Shown: positions 63,638-64,000 of the stretch, in pieces
How positions within the stretch are numbered: the stretch's first letter is position 1
Layout of the letters: every line of letters begins with the position of its first letter
The notes under the pieces: generated by a model
The model's input: only the letters and a program-made list of their open reading frames with translations
Databases searched by the model: none
What the model was told of the DNA's origin: nothing
Source of the DNA: a virus
Taxonomy: Duplodnaviria; Caudoviricetes
Virus record (IMG/VR): IMGVR_UViG_3300017766_003100
Span: 154,388 to 218,387 of that record
Direction: 5' to 3' (one strand)
Length of the DNA stretch: 64,000 bases
Made by a program: the position numbers and the translations under genes

Positions 63638-63669
63638 TTTGGAAATGTCAATTGGTGTGTCTATTTTTG
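63638..63669 (+). promoter_or_regulatory. Bacteroidota-type promoter for the tRNA-like RNA
   Basis: TTTG-N20-TATTTTTG ending 9 nt before the acceptor stem. Confidence 0.85.
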
Positions 63670-63678
63670 TAAAAAATT

Positions 63679-63791
63679 AGTCCTGTGGCGGAATTGGTAG
63701 ACGCACATCGGCAGGTGATTTAGTTTGAGGATACAGCGGCAGTCGAGGTCACAAACATATACAAATACAGGTTCGAATCCTGTCAGGACTA
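63679..63791 (+). tRNA. atypical 113-nt tRNA-Leu-like RNA with non-canonical enlarged central region
   Basis: Acceptor AGTCCTG/CAGGACT, Leu-type D arm GCGGAATTGGTAGACGC, T arm ACAGG-TTCGAAT-CCTGT, discriminator A; 62 nt between D and T arms without a canonical anticodon arm; no encoded CCA. Confidence 0.8.
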
Positions 63792-63808
63792 CAAAAAATT
63801 AATAGACT

Positions 63809-64000
63809 ATGAGACACAACATAATTAAAACAGACAACTATCTACTTGTTGTCGATGATAGTAAGATTACGGAAGGTGATTGGCATATTAAGATTAACAA
63901 AAATAAAGTTGGCAATTATCCTTTAGATTCGGTAAATCCTAATAAAGGTAGATATAAAAAAATCATAGCACATTTACCTTTAAATGGAGCTTCCATTCTC
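63809..64000 (+). CDS. 5' part of hypothetical protein (runs off window end)
   Basis: MRHNIIKTDNYLLVVDDS...KKIIAHLPLNG, open to the edge. Confidence 0.65.
   Translation, partial: MRHNIIKTDNYLLVVDDSKITEGDWHIKINKNKVGNYPLDSVNPNKGRYKKIIAHLPLNGASIL

Noticed and set aside
63706-63716. Second pairing of the tRNA-like RNA (CAUC..CAG) with CUG GAUG at 48638-48644
   Set aside because: Only 7 bp with a 2-nt bulge, compatible with chance; not used as evidence.
63679-63791. tmRNA or normal tRNA-Leu(CAG) call
   Set aside because: The shell is Leu-type with a D stem, not Ala-type with G3-U70, and there is no tag ORF. The CAG hairpin has only 3-4 bp and lacks U33.
1-64000. Bacterial chromosome or prophage origin of the window
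   Set aside because: No integrase, att site or housekeeping operon. Host-like genes are individually embedded among phage genes that share phage-type regulatory motifs.

Overview
A 64-kb, strongly AT-rich, densely coding segment of a large dsDNA tailed phage. The host is probably Bacteroidota: there are TTTG-N19/20-TAnnTTTG promoters, a Bacteroidota-type short RpoD, and a Bacteroidota-type TonB-dependent receptor. No integrase, CRISPR array or rRNA is visible. The window holds minus-strand virion genes (1-3.4 kb) and replication/nucleotide genes (primase, PD-(D/E)XK nuclease, SbcD and SbcC 13 kb apart, an enlarged ThyA). It also has four C5-methyltransferases, a sigma factor, a frameshifted DnaJ, thioredoxin, glutaredoxin, SmpB, two free-standing GIY-YIG endonucleases and many small accessory ORFs. 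Three higher-order patterns stand out. (1) Candidate recoding system: a DHH phosphoesterase gene has an in-frame UGA inside its catalytic motif, written CUU-UGA-CUG (Leu-stop-Leu). A +6 hop would restore HQDLDG exactly. The site is preceded by a strong three-way-junction RNA. An aberrant 113-nt tRNA-Leu-like RNA 15 kb away carries an 11-nt segment complementary to exactly that site. (2) About 18 unrelated proteins (kinase, ART-like, zincin, ParB, DHH, pre-toxin, LRR, ferritin-like) share a basic N-terminal tag ending in [ILV]-x-E, mostly behind a shared (A/C)TATTTAT motif. This suggests a modular capsid-packaging tag for injected effectors. (3) A TonB-dependent receptor and a lipoprotein 17 kb apart share an 18/19-identical upstream box at the same distance from a -10-like hexamer, suggesting a host-sensed (possibly phosphate) regulon. 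All family assignments come from motif recognition by eye; no database searches were run.
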